The notes under the pieces: model-generated
Told to the model about the DNA's origin: nothing
Seen by the model: the letters and a program-made list of their open reading frames with translations, nothing else
Database searches by the model: none
Source: Candidatus Cloacimonadales bacterium
Lineage (GTDB): Bacteria; Cloacimonadota; Cloacimonadia; Cloacimonadales; JAFGVF01
Direction: 5' to 3'
Assembly (NCBI GenBank): GCA_963667035.1
Contig: OY762964.1
Coordinates: forward strand, 384,001 to 448,000
Length of the DNA: 64,000 bases
Translations under genes and position numbers: made by a program
Shown here: piece by piece, positions 9,727-19,900 of the stretch
Numbering within the stretch: the first letter of the stretch is position 1
How the letters are laid out: each line of letters opens with the position of its first letter

Positions 9727-11809
9727 TCTGCCCCCTTTTGCTCTCAATTCTCTTTTTTATTCCTAAGAATAAGAGCCTAATTAATTCATACTTATCATTT
9801 CTCTCGTTAAACTCTGAAGCATTAAATAGCTTTTCAAACTTCTCCCATTTTTCTTTATTCAATGTTGTTTTACCATGTGCTATCTCTTCCAAGATTTTTT
9901 CTGAGTCATATTTTGAATCCATGTATGAGATAATTTTACTACAGAAAGTAACTGAGCTCTCATCGGATTTATACTCTGAGAGACCTTTATTACTATTCTT
10001 AAGTTTTTCAATGAATTGAAACTGCTCATTAATTCGGTTTAGCTTTTTTATTTGGTGTATAGCAATTTTAGGGTCACTCTTTACTGTTGCATTAAACTCA
10101 GGAGTAGTAAAATTGAAATCATGGACAGGCAGGTTAACTATAAACTTACCAAATCCCTCATTTGTATTGAATCCTAAACCTTTACTTCCCAAGCTAACTA
10201 AATTCGTTATGTTTATGTTATCAGATTTCGACTCAAATAAAAAACATGAGCCTTTTTTTATCACTTTTTCTGAGAATCTTCGTAAACCTGATGTTCCAGA
10301 GAAACTCTGATGGAGTTCAGTTTCAACTTTGCTATCGATCAATTCGTATGAGTCAGGTAATCCAAAGTCTTCAGCTTTCAGCATGGTTTTGGGGTTTAGT
10401 TTATCATCATACAAGATAACATCAGATGTGAGGGTGATGGTTATCCTATCTGTTGACTTAGGAGGTTGAATGCTATCTTCTGAAACAGAGGTTATTTCAA
10501 CTATTTTTACAGGTTGAGCTCCACGTCCCACATGTAAGTTATATGTACCATTCAACCAATCATGATAGATTACTTTAAACATCTTTGCGTCTTCTATTGA
10601 ATTAAAAGAGATGTTCCCAATAAATCTTGTTCCCTTATATATCATTTCCTGAGTGAAAACAGCATTTTTCTCTGTAGTTTGAGTCGATTCCGTAATCCTG
10701 TTTCTTAGAACTAGTTCTATTTTAGGAGAATATACTTTAGCGTTTTCAGGACACATCTTTTTATCAACAAAAACTATATACTCATCACTGAAGCTTTTAT
10801 CACTTTGAGAGTTCATACTTTTATACGTTAGGGTATTGCGAGTTACGAGATTAGGAAATGCTTTTTTATCCATTGTCGTAGGAGTAATGTTCAATAACCA
10901 ATGAGGTATCTCATATTCATAACAGTCTTTTTTCCTTTTATTCAGGTAGTAATTTTTATATGAGTTGGTACTCTTACGTTTACGTAATGATAATGGAATC
11001 GGTATAACCTCGTGTTTCGCACTGGATTCTTTAGGTATAGGATAAAAGTTTGTTATTCTTATATTATCGTGGTCTATGATACTTGATTCGGATCCAAGTT
11101 TAAGAAGTACATTTCTAAACATACCTAAGGCAGTTGTTCCTTTTATATAGTTTAGAGTATGGATGATGTTTCCTGTTTGCCCTGCACCTGCGATACAGGT
11201 ATTATTCAGTAATTCAAGAATAATTCTGTAATCCTTTATATTCGTTACACCATCAAGAGATTTTACATCCTTGTCTTTATTGGGTATAATGGTTGTCTTA
11301 ATTGCACCAAAACCTCTTCGCCTTAATCCTCCAAATAGCTTTAGATTTTTGATCCCGAGTTTTAGTAAACCTTCAATTTCTTTTTCATTATTACCGAGAG
11401 TTTGGAATTCCAGGCTACAATCAAAGATTGCCCCTTTAGAACCAAATTCAATATCCCTCAAAGCACCTTTATCTTCGTCTTCGATAATGTCATCAACTTT
11501 AGTGAAAGTATGAATAACGAATGGGTTTAGGGCTGTTTCATCTTGATTATAGTTAACAGAGACATCCAAAGAACCAAGATTACCATATTTAAAGATAGAA
11601 TTGTATGATTCCCTATATTCAGTAAGAACATTTTTTACTTCTCGACAAGATTGTCTTAACAAACCTTTCAATGTCTCAGTATTCAGAGCAGGATTCCCTT
11701 CATCATCTTTCATCTGACCATCACTATATAAACCAACACAATCCATACCTGTACCTATATGAAAATCCTCAAGAGTTTCTATTTTAAAATTAATCCTAAT
11801 GAGTTTCAT
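9719..11809 (-). CDS. Cas7-Cas5(Csx10)-Cas11 fusion
   Basis: Cas7 (FHIGTG, TLKGLLR, GGLRRRGFG), Cas5-like (YIKGTTALG, VGRG, GLGFNTNEGFG), ~110-aa helical C-terminus inferred to be Cas11. Confidence 0.8.
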   Translation of the reverse strand: MKLIRINFKIETLEDFHIGTGMDCVGLYSDGQMKDDEGNPALNTETLKGLLRQSCREVKNVLTEYRESYNSIFKYGNLGSLDVSVNYNQDETALNPFVIHTFTKVDDIIEDEDKGALRDIEFGSKGAIFDCSLEFQTLGNNEKEIEGLLKLGIKNLKLFGGLRRRGFGAIKTTIIPNKDKDVKSLDGVTNIKDYRIILELLNNTCIAGAGQTGNIIHTLNYIKGTTALGMFRNVLLKLGSESSIIDHDNIRITNFYPIPKESSAKHEVIPIPLSLRKRKSTNSYKNYYLNKRKKDCYEYEIPHWLLNITPTTMDKKAFPNLVTRNTLTYKSMNSQSDKSFSDEYIVFVDKKMCPENAKVYSPKIELVLRNRITESTQTTEKNAVFTQEMIYKGTRFIGNISFNSIEDAKMFKVIYHDWLNGTYNLHVGRGAQPVKIVEITSVSEDSIQPPKSTDRITITLTSDVILYDDKLNPKTMLKAEDFGLPDSYELIDSKVETELHQSFSGTSGLRRFSEKVIKKGSCFLFESKSDNINITNLVSLGSKGLGFNTNEGFGKFIVNLPVHDFNFTTPEFNATVKSDPKIAIHQIKKLNRINEQFQFIEKLKNSNKGLSEYKSDESSVTFCSKIISYMDSKYDSEKILEEIAHGKTTLNKEKWEKFEKLFNASEFNERNDKYELIRLLFLGIKKRIESKRGQNV

Positions 11810-13298
11810 TCTGTCCTCCGGATTTGACTTTACAGAAATCCATTAACTCAATAATATCTAGAGCTGTATTCAAAAGTATGTTGTCACCTAAGGAATGATA
11901 TTCAATTAGATTGCTCGGGAAATTTAAATACTTGCTTAATAGTTCAGTATTAGCTTTTCCTGTTTTCAGTATAGTTCTTAATTGCTTGTATTTGTTTCTA
12001 CCTGCAGCATCTTTTTCATTGGTAGCTAAATTGTGTTCATTTTTTGATTGTTCCCATATTTTCATAGCTGTCTTAATTCTACAAGGTCTCTGAGTTAGTA
12101 TTTCGATTGTATCTTCATATTTGTTTAGATAGTTTATCTCTCGAATGGTTTCAATATCTTCGGAACCTGATGGGAAATGTACATGCCAGTCAATTGTATT
12201 TACGTATTCAATACTATCATCTACATTCCAAATTCTACTTTTAACTTTTGCTGAAGAAAGTAAAGACTCTGCTAATGCGTGAGCTTGTGAGAACGGATAT
12301 GTGTATTTCGTGAAAGCTATTCCCGCTGAAATGGTTGTATTAGATAAAGCTGTACAAAACTTGTCTACAATATCAAATGCGATTTCAGGAACCGATATTA
12401 TTAACAAATCATCTCCTCCCAGCATTAAGACCTGATATTTATGATTGTCATGGATTTTACATGATGCTTCCAGAGCCTTTCGGTAAGCTTCTCTTCTCGA
12501 GAACCAGAACTTTTCATATTCAACTAATGTCTCAAACATGGGCTTTAGTTTTAATAACTCTCTTTTATCTTTGAAACAGTCCCCCATTGCATTACCATCA
12601 ATTGCAATTACTGCCATTTTATTGTTTGACGGAATTATTGAAGCCTTTGCAAGACTCTCAAAGTCAACTGGCATATTATCTGCTTTATTTGTTTCTTTTA
12701 GAAAAGTGGATAGAAAATCTGAAGTTTTTCTACTGTAGAAGTCTTCCCCCTGTTTCTTAATATGTTTAGAAAACTGGCTTTCATTTTTACTTTTTACTAG
12801 TTGAGGATTAATCCCATCATCCGAGGGGTAAAAGTACGGATTATCAATAAATATGTCGCTTGGCTCTTTACACAGTGTTTCTGTTCCTTTATCCTTGAAA
12901 TCATCAAGTGTCTTTATCTCCTCAAAATCACATTCAATGCATCTTATTGAGAGACTAACTCCCGGAATTATTTCCTTTCCTCTATTAAAAGCTGATAAAG
13001 CGAACTCCTTTGCCTCTTCAGATGTAGTAAATAAAGAATCGAAATGCCCACCTGCCGAACTGATTATCCCTTTCTCGAAATTTGCTTTCAAATCATCAGT
13101 TTCCCACTTCTCGTTAATCTCTATACTTGATATATAGTTAGTCCACTCTTCTGGAACATCATATTTTTCTCGAAGCTTCGGAAGTTCCTTCACAAAGAAT
13201 TCTCCAAGCAGAGAGTTTGCACCCAACATTGTTTTAAGTTTTGGAAGTTTAAAGATAAATGATTGTACTTTATTTGTTTTTAGGAATAAATAGACCAT
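11796..13298 (-). CDS. cas10: Cas10 (no HD domain, intact GGDD)
   Basis: 500 aa; VQSFIF N-terminus, SAGGH palm-1, DGNAMG and LGGDDL palm-2, ISAGIAF, IDWH. Confidence 0.92.
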   Translation of the reverse strand: MVYLFLKTNKVQSFIFKLPKLKTMLGANSLLGEFFVKELPKLREKYDVPEEWTNYISSIEINEKWETDDLKANFEKGIISSAGGHFDSLFTTSEEAKEFALSAFNRGKEIIPGVSLSIRCIECDFEEIKTLDDFKDKGTETLCKEPSDIFIDNPYFYPSDDGINPQLVKSKNESQFSKHIKKQGEDFYSRKTSDFLSTFLKETNKADNMPVDFESLAKASIIPSNNKMAVIAIDGNAMGDCFKDKRELLKLKPMFETLVEYEKFWFSRREAYRKALEASCKIHDNHKYQVLMLGGDDLLIISVPEIAFDIVDKFCTALSNTTISAGIAFTKYTYPFSQAHALAESLLSSAKVKSRIWNVDDSIEYVNTIDWHVHFPSGSEDIETIREINYLNKYEDTIEILTQRPCRIKTAMKIWEQSKNEHNLATNEKDAAGRNKYKQLRTILKTGKANTELLSKYLNFPSNLIEYHSLGDNILLNTALDIIELMDFCKVKSGGQNETH

Positions 13299-13519
13299 TG
13301 AAATCCTCCTTCATAGCATTGACTTGTTATCCTACATTTATAATTAAGTAAACTGCTGTTTTCGAGCAATTACCCTTTGAGCTTAGATTTACCTGATTAT
13401 TCAAAACCATGAATCTATAGATAAGCAATTATTCTTTCCGGTATCAAGTAGCCTTATAGAAAATACCTCAATGCCGAAACTCCGTATTATTCTCTTGGCT
13501 CCCGCTTCTTTTTGATCTT

Positions 13520-13596
13520 TTGGTCTACTCTTGCATTACCCTTGGGTTTCCCTTGCAAAGTAAGGGAAACCCAAGGGTAATGCAACGGAAACCTAA
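13520..13596. repeat. 11-bp-phased palindromic element with a perfect 24-bp inverted repeat
   Basis: TTGCATTACCCTTGGGTTTCCCTT (13531-13554) / AAGGGAAACCCAAGGGTAATGCAA (13562-13585). Confidence 0.85.
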
Positions 13597-13805
13597 GCTT
13601 ACTTTTTCAAATTCAATCCTCTAATCGTTATCTTATCGTTTAAGGTGAAGTGTGTAACTTATCAAGATTAAAACCCGATTATGGAACTGATAAACTGAGA
13701 GCCAATCAAATCGATGAAGGACTGATTGCTTGGATTTATCAATGTAATTGTATTTAGAGGAATGGGATTATTAATTAATCTCTAATGAAAACTGTTTATA
13801 TTTTC

Positions 13806-13829
13806 AAAAATCCTCTGCCGAAGCAGAGG
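13806..13829 (-). terminator. Probable terminator for the array 2 transcript
   Basis: Minus strand CCTCTGC-TTCG-GCAGAGG-ATTTTT. Confidence 0.7.
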
Positions 13830-13955
13830 TCATTATCTTCTGAGATTCTTCTTATTATCGCATTATTGCAGAGTTCTTTCGCAATATCAGTCCTCAGTTA
13901 TATAAATAATAACAACAATTAACAATCCGGCAATCAATTACTTTTCCCCTTAAAT

Positions 13956-14419
13956 AGACTAACCCCTCCTTATGCGGAGGTCAATTTCAACAAATTTGCA
14001 AAAGTGGAAAAATCCTTCTGATGTCGTAACCCCTCCTTATGCGGAGGTCAATTTCAACACAAGACTCACTAAGAGATCTTTGATAAAATTAAGCAATAGT
14101 CGTAACCCCTCCTAGAGCGGAGGTCAATTTCAACTCTCGAAGATAACGAGGGTAACCCGATAGCCGTGTCGTAACCCCTCCTAGAGCGGAGGTCAATTTC
14201 AACTTAAAGAGTGTGGTTTATTTATGAGCAATTACATTAGGTCGTAACCCCTCCTAGAGCGGAGGTCAATTTCAACTCCTATAAAGGACAAGGAATTCTT
14301 GGCAAATGTAAAAGTCGTAACCCCTCCTAGAGCGGAGGTCAATTTCAACTATTTGAAACAATTCTAAGAGCAACCAACTGAAGGTCGTAACCCCTCCTAG
14401 AGCGGAGGTCAATTTCAAC
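13956..14419 (-). CRISPR. CRISPR array 2: 7 repeats, 6 spacers of 31-40 nt
   Basis: Repeats at 13956 (degenerate), 14023, 14099, 14168, 14241, 14314, 14384; same repeat family as array 1. Confidence 0.97.
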
Positions 14420-14708
14420 CGCTACCATTTTCAACCCTCTGATAATGTACGTTTAAAACCCCATTTCTGTGAGTCTCCCAAAAAAGACTCAAAAAACACC
14501 CTATTTTGGAGAGATCCGCAGGATTTTATATAACTCCATGACTGTCAATAAGATATAGAAAAAGACAGAAAAAGTGACTAACGTTAGCATTTACAAAGAG
14601 TTATGCCAATATCCATAATCCTTTTGCTCTATCAAAGACAAGCAAAAAACGATTCACCGCAAAATTCGAAGAAGCTGCTGTACAGATTGCTTTAACCTGC
14701 ATTTAGCA
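14420..14708 (-). promoter_or_regulatory. CRISPR leader 2
   Basis: Homologous to leader 1 (1233-1518). Confidence 0.8.
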
Positions 14709-15114
14709 AACTTCAAAAACATAAGCACATTGGGTGATAAGTTTACAAGCACTTCTATAATATTAACAATGATCTAGTTTAAATAAGTAACAAAACCGGA
14801 AGATGTCAATAAAAAAATGTTTTAATAGATATTAAAATAAATTATGAGGTTATTATTGATGATGTATAACTGGTAAAATCCCTAACCGGAATATTTTCCA
14901 ATATGTTAATAGGCTCATCAAGGGTACAGAAACCTTTTAAAGGAAAAGTTAGTATATGACTTGGCAGTTTCTTTAGTAGCAGTTACAGCAATTATAAGAG
15001 TTGTTCTATTTATGAGAAAATTTATTAATCGGATAATGATTCATGCTTCTTCCCAATAGAAAACGATTTCGTCTATTATGATTATAATTTAAATATGTGA
15101 GCAATTAGATTAAT

Positions 15115-15340
15115 TTGTTTTATACATTGACTGTTGAAAATGATTCCTTGATATCGAGTTGGGATGATGTAGGAGCTAGTAGTTATTCTGTATTCAATGC
15201 GAATACTTCTTTCCCAATAATGTGGGGAAACATCTCTGAAATAGGTTCTTTCGAAACTAACGGAAATAGAGTTAGTTGGGTTATTAATCTACCTGAATTA
15301 CCTATGTAGTATTATAGAGTAACCGCTACAAATAATGTTG
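15115..15340 (+). pseudogene. Fragment of a secreted-protein gene (Ig/Fn3-like 'SW..VGASSYSVF...YYRVTA' module)
   Basis: Frame continues YYRVTATNN past an in-frame TAG at 15307-15309; no good start or RBS. Confidence 0.45.
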
Positions 15341-15525
15341 TTATTAGAGAAATTGGACAAGCTTTATGGATTAACAATCTTAGATAAAAGAGGTAAGATA
15401 AATGCATCTCAACCACTTCATAGTTCTCTTATTTTGTAATACAAAATAGAATGCCAACAGAATTCGTAAAATAGAGAATATTTTGTTTATTATAGCACTG
15501 AAGGCTATAAACAATACTTCCACTT

Positions 15526-15577
15526 ACTCTTAATCAACGGGTCTAGGGTTCTAGTCCCTACAGGAGTACAACCTTTT
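15526..15577 (+). repeat. Degenerate copy of tRNA-Lys 3' half (attR-like)
   Basis: ACTCTTAATCAACGGGTCTAGGGTTCTAGTCCCTACAGGAGTACAACCTTTT, 48/52 identical to 449-500. Confidence 0.92.
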
Positions 15578-15578
15578 A

Positions 15579-16307
15579 TCATTTCCAAGTAAGTTTCATC
15601 TTAAAGAGTTCTTTATCATTATAAAGTATCTGGTGCTCATGAATAGTGTCACTTAGTTTGCCGGAGACTATCTCTAGTTCCTGACCAAGTTTTGCCTCAT
15701 TAATGAACAATAGCTCAATTTTCTTAAGCTCATGATCGGCTATGTATTCAGGCTTGTAATAGTCAAGGCACCAAAGGGAATAGCATGAGTTGTTAACGTG
15801 GTTGTTAACGTCTATATCGAATAGTTTCACAGTTACATTATGCTTAATGGAGAGGTCTGATTGCAAGACAATTTTATCTTTAATGGTATTACCAAAGAAC
15901 AGTTTTGAAATATCGATAGGTGCTTGTTCATAGAACTCTGATGTTCTAACAGGTTTCCTGGAATCTCGTCTTATAACAAACCAGGAACTGGAAGCATATC
16001 CTATGACTTTATCTTCCAGAATAATCTCGAATTCTCTGTAGCAGAAAAGTCTATCCATACCGGGTGACCAAGTCTTGATTGTAATCACATCACCCCATTT
16101 AGGCCATTCTTCCATATTAATCATCTGTTTATGTAGAACCCATGTCATACCTATTGCTTCCAGGTCATGATATCCCAGTCCCAGGTCTTTAGAGTGTTTC
16201 CAAGCAGTTTCTTGTAGAAATCTGGCTAATACAGGTAAATACAGTTTTCCTTTAAAATCAGTATTAAAGGATCTGACTTCATATTTGTCTTCTCTCATCT
16301 GTTTCAT
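15579..16307 (-). CDS. Acyl-ACP thioesterase (FatA-like)
   Basis: FLQETAWKHS, WPKWGD, DIDVNNHVNN; start refined to ATG 16307 with GAGGTG RBS. Confidence 0.9.
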   Translation of the reverse strand: MKQMREDKYEVRSFNTDFKGKLYLPVLARFLQETAWKHSKDLGLGYHDLEAIGMTWVLHKQMINMEEWPKWGDVITIKTWSPGMDRLFCYREFEIILEDKVIGYASSSWFVIRRDSRKPVRTSEFYEQAPIDISKLFFGNTIKDKIVLQSDLSIKHNVTVKLFDIDVNNHVNNSCYSLWCLDYYKPEYIADHELKKIELLFINEAKLGQELEIVSGKLSDTIHEHQILYNDKELFKMKLTWK

Positions 16308-16475
16308 ATTCACCTCACTTCTACTAGAAAACAACTGTTAACTTGAATGTCAAATAGTATTATCATTTTCTGAGAGTTCATTCATTTTTATTGCTGTGTT
16401 AGCCAATTCATGGGAGGTAACCCTCCAATCTCCAGATTCTCTCATGACATATAACCACAACCAACTTACGAGACT

Positions 16476-16526
16476 CTTGCATAATCCTTGCATAAATCTT
16501 GCATAACTATGCAAGAACGATGCGAG
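16476..16526. repeat. 11-bp-phased CTTGCATA repeats followed by inverted copies
   Basis: CTTGCATA at 16476, 16487, 16498; TATGCAAG at 16508, GATGCGAG at 16519. Confidence 0.75.
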
Positions 16527-16630
16527 TTTTTTGTGACATGTATGCTTTGATTTTGTGCTTGTTAATCACGGGCAAAACGGGAGATCATAACGTGAAAGTT
16601 TCATGGCAAACTCCATCACAGCATAATCAT

Positions 16631-16755
16631 CCCACTGTTTTTCCACTGTGCAGGCACTGCTAACCCGGTGTTTCAGTGCGTGGATAGTGGGATTACAGTG
16701 CCTGCACAGTGCGAGCACAGAGCGTTGACAGAATAGGGAGTGTGAGAGAACAGTG
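16631..16755. repeat. 11-bp-phased CACTG/CAGTG element, copy 1
   Basis: CACTG at 16633, 16644, 16655; CAGTG-like at 16674, 16685, 16696, 16707, 16718; homologous to 48717-48839. Confidence 0.8.
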
Positions 16756-16949
16756 AGGGGGCTGAAATGACGTAACTTATTGGAAAACTCACTGCTTACG
16801 GTTCTATGATAACGAGTACAGCGTAAAAACTAAGAAATCATATCGTTATTGCTATTCGAGTGAAGATTTAAAGTCATAATTATAAGCAATTAATTTATTG
16901 ACAATGTTATCTAATATCTAATAATCTTAATCCATAACTGGAGGTATAC

Positions 16950-19900
16950 ATGAAGAAAACTGTACTTTTATTTATTCTATGTTTATTTACACTTCTAACT
17001 GCAGTCCCTGCATCACCATACCCAATATCGGTGAAACAACCGGACGGCTCAAAGCTTACCATCAAATTGAAAGGTGATGAATATGTGAACTGGGCACAAA
17101 CGGAAGACGGATATACTCTTCTGAAAGATAGCGGTTTTTACTGCTATGCAACTAAGAGCGGAGAAGACTTGGTGAGTTCCGGAATTCGAGCTCATGATAA
17201 CGAAAAATCTGTTGAACGTAGTTTCCGCAGTATGAATGAACCGGATTTACGCTTTTCCCAAAGACAAATTGATGAGAAATTAGCTACTTTTCCTAAAAGG
17301 GACTACTTGCAAAGAGTGAGTAGATTTCCAACTAGCGGAACACGTAATCTGCTTATGATTCTAGTTAACTTCTCTGATACAAGTACACTTTACTCTCAAA
17401 ACGACTTTAACAATTATATGAATCAAGTGAACTATAACGGAACTGGTAGTTTCAAGGACTATTATCTTGAATGTTCACATAATCAACTGACAGTGAATAC
17501 AACCGTTACTGCATGGGTAACAGTTAGCGGTACACATGATTCTTACGGTCCCGAATCTATGTGGGATATTCTTGCTTATCAAGCCGTTCAAGCAGCTGAT
17601 GCAGCAGGGGTTGATTTCTCATTGTTTGATAATGATAATGACGGTTCGGTTGACGGAGTAGCCATAATTCATCAAGGCTCCGGTCAGGAAGCTACGGGTG
17701 ATACCGATGATGTTTGGTCTCATAGTTATACTTTGGAAGCTAGGTATAGTACGGGACAGAGGACATTTGACGGTGTATTGGTAGGCGAGTATACTATGCA
17801 ACCTGAGATATACGGAACAGGAACAACAATGTCTACTATAGGTGTTATGTGCCACGAGTTTGGTCACAATCTAGGTGCACCTGATTATTATGATACGGAC
17901 TATTCAGCGAACGGTCAACAGTCGGGAACCGGATACTGGGATTTAATGGGTAGCGGATCATGGAATAATAACGGATACACTCCTGCACATCATAATCCGT
18001 TTACTAAATGGAAACATTATGGCTGGACATCTCCTGCACTTTTGCAAGCATCTAGCAGAAAGACTCTTGATAGCGTAGTGGACAGTAATAATGATTTCTA
18101 CTATTTTGAGACTTCAACCGCCGATGAATACTTTCTTTTGGAAAACAGACAGAAAGTTGGATTTGATGCTTCACTTCCCGGACACGGTTTGATGATATAT
18201 CATGTTGATGAAGACTATATTTTTGCACATCAAAATGCTAATGATATCAATGCTACAAGTCATCAGGGATTATATCCTAAAGCTGCAAACGGTACTGTAA
18301 ACTATAGCTCATGTCCTTTCCCCGGTACATCTAATAATACCCTCTTTAACGATGACTCTACACCGAACAGTAAGTCTTGGGCTGGTGAAGATAGTTATCA
18401 GAATATTGTAATTATCAGCGAATCAGGTGGAAATGTAACCTTTGATTATCTCTGGGATACAGCTATTGCAGATATAACAACTCCAGATACTGACGATTAT
18501 GTTTATCGTGGTACATTTGTTCCGGTGGCAGTAGACGTCTCGACTTTCTATTGTGCTGTCAATTATGTAAGCTTAACTATTAAGAATTCAAGTGGTGTAA
18601 CTACACGTTCACTATATGACTATACTGCACCATATTCTTTCATATTGAATACCGAGAGTTTATCTGTCGACAGATATTCTCTTACAGCACAGGCTCATAT
18701 TGACGGTGGTATCACTTTAACAGACCTTATACATTTAAATGTTAATAGTGATCCGGAACCTGCCACTAATCCAACTCCCGAGGATTTAGCAGTTGACGTA
18801 GAGCCGTCTACACTTCTATCATGGTTACAGTCAACAACCGGAATAGACCCGGATGCTTATAAACTATACCTCGGGACAACCAATCCACCCACGACTTTGG
18901 TTATGAATGATAATGTAACAAGCTTTAATCCTACTCTTAACTATGGAACTACATATTACTGGCAGGTTGTTCCTTATACTGTAGAGGCTAAGTCTGCTAA
19001 GGGAAATGCCACAAACTGCCCTGTTTGGTCATTCACAACAATGGAAATCCAAGCAACGGATGATACACCTTCGGGGAATATTACTCCGGTGAATGATTCC
19101 GAAATTCCGGAAGGAACAGCTATCACTGTAGAAGACCCACCTGTAACACCGGAAGTTCCCGAAGGCTCGATAGCCATTGAAGACGTTGTAATCTCCGTTA
19201 CTTCTTCGACTCCTGTTGAGCTTACTGTTACAATCTATTTTGATAGTTATGCAACAAGTGTCTATTATGTTGAGGGTGGAGTGTATATACCGGACGAAGA
19301 CTTAACCTGGGATATTGATAATGTCTCCTTTGATTATATGTTTGCAGGGACAACAAAAGGTAGTTATACATTTGTTGTGACAGAGGAAGGTATTCCGTTG
19401 GCAATATCATTTTCTTTGTTTGAGGCTGAAGTGTTAACTGCCGAAGATGTTGAGATTCATTGGGTAACTGAATCGGAAGCTTACATTAATCATTATAATG
19501 TCCTAAGAAGCAAAGAAGATCCTGCGGAAGAGATGACGAATTTGACTATAGATTCACCTATCTTTGCTAAACATAATGAAACGACAACCGACTATTACTA
19601 TACTGATAAAGAGTTTAAGCAAGGCGAAACCTATTTCTACTGGTTAGAGGCTGTTGATTACAGTGGGCATTTCTCGCTGTACGGTCCAATAGAAGTGACT
19701 TGTGAATATAATGAAAATCCTGAGGATATTCCCGAAGCAAGTGTCACATCACTCACAAGTTTGTACCCTAACCCGTTTAATCCTAATCTGAATATCAGCT
19801 TTAGCTTGAAAGAGGAGCAGGATGTCTCAATTGAAATTTACAATACCAAAGGACAATTAGTATCTACCCTTGCAGGAGAACATCTGCAAGAAGGTGAATA

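Noticed and set aside
14350..14383. Spacer similar to the nitroreductase gene (~43872-43891, 18/20 match)
   Set aside because: Covers only 20 of 34 nt in AT-rich DNA and the flanks do not match; likely chance.
15526..15577. Second tRNA-Lys gene
   Set aside because: Lacks the 5' half and has a mutated T-loop and CCA; treated as an att-like repeat.
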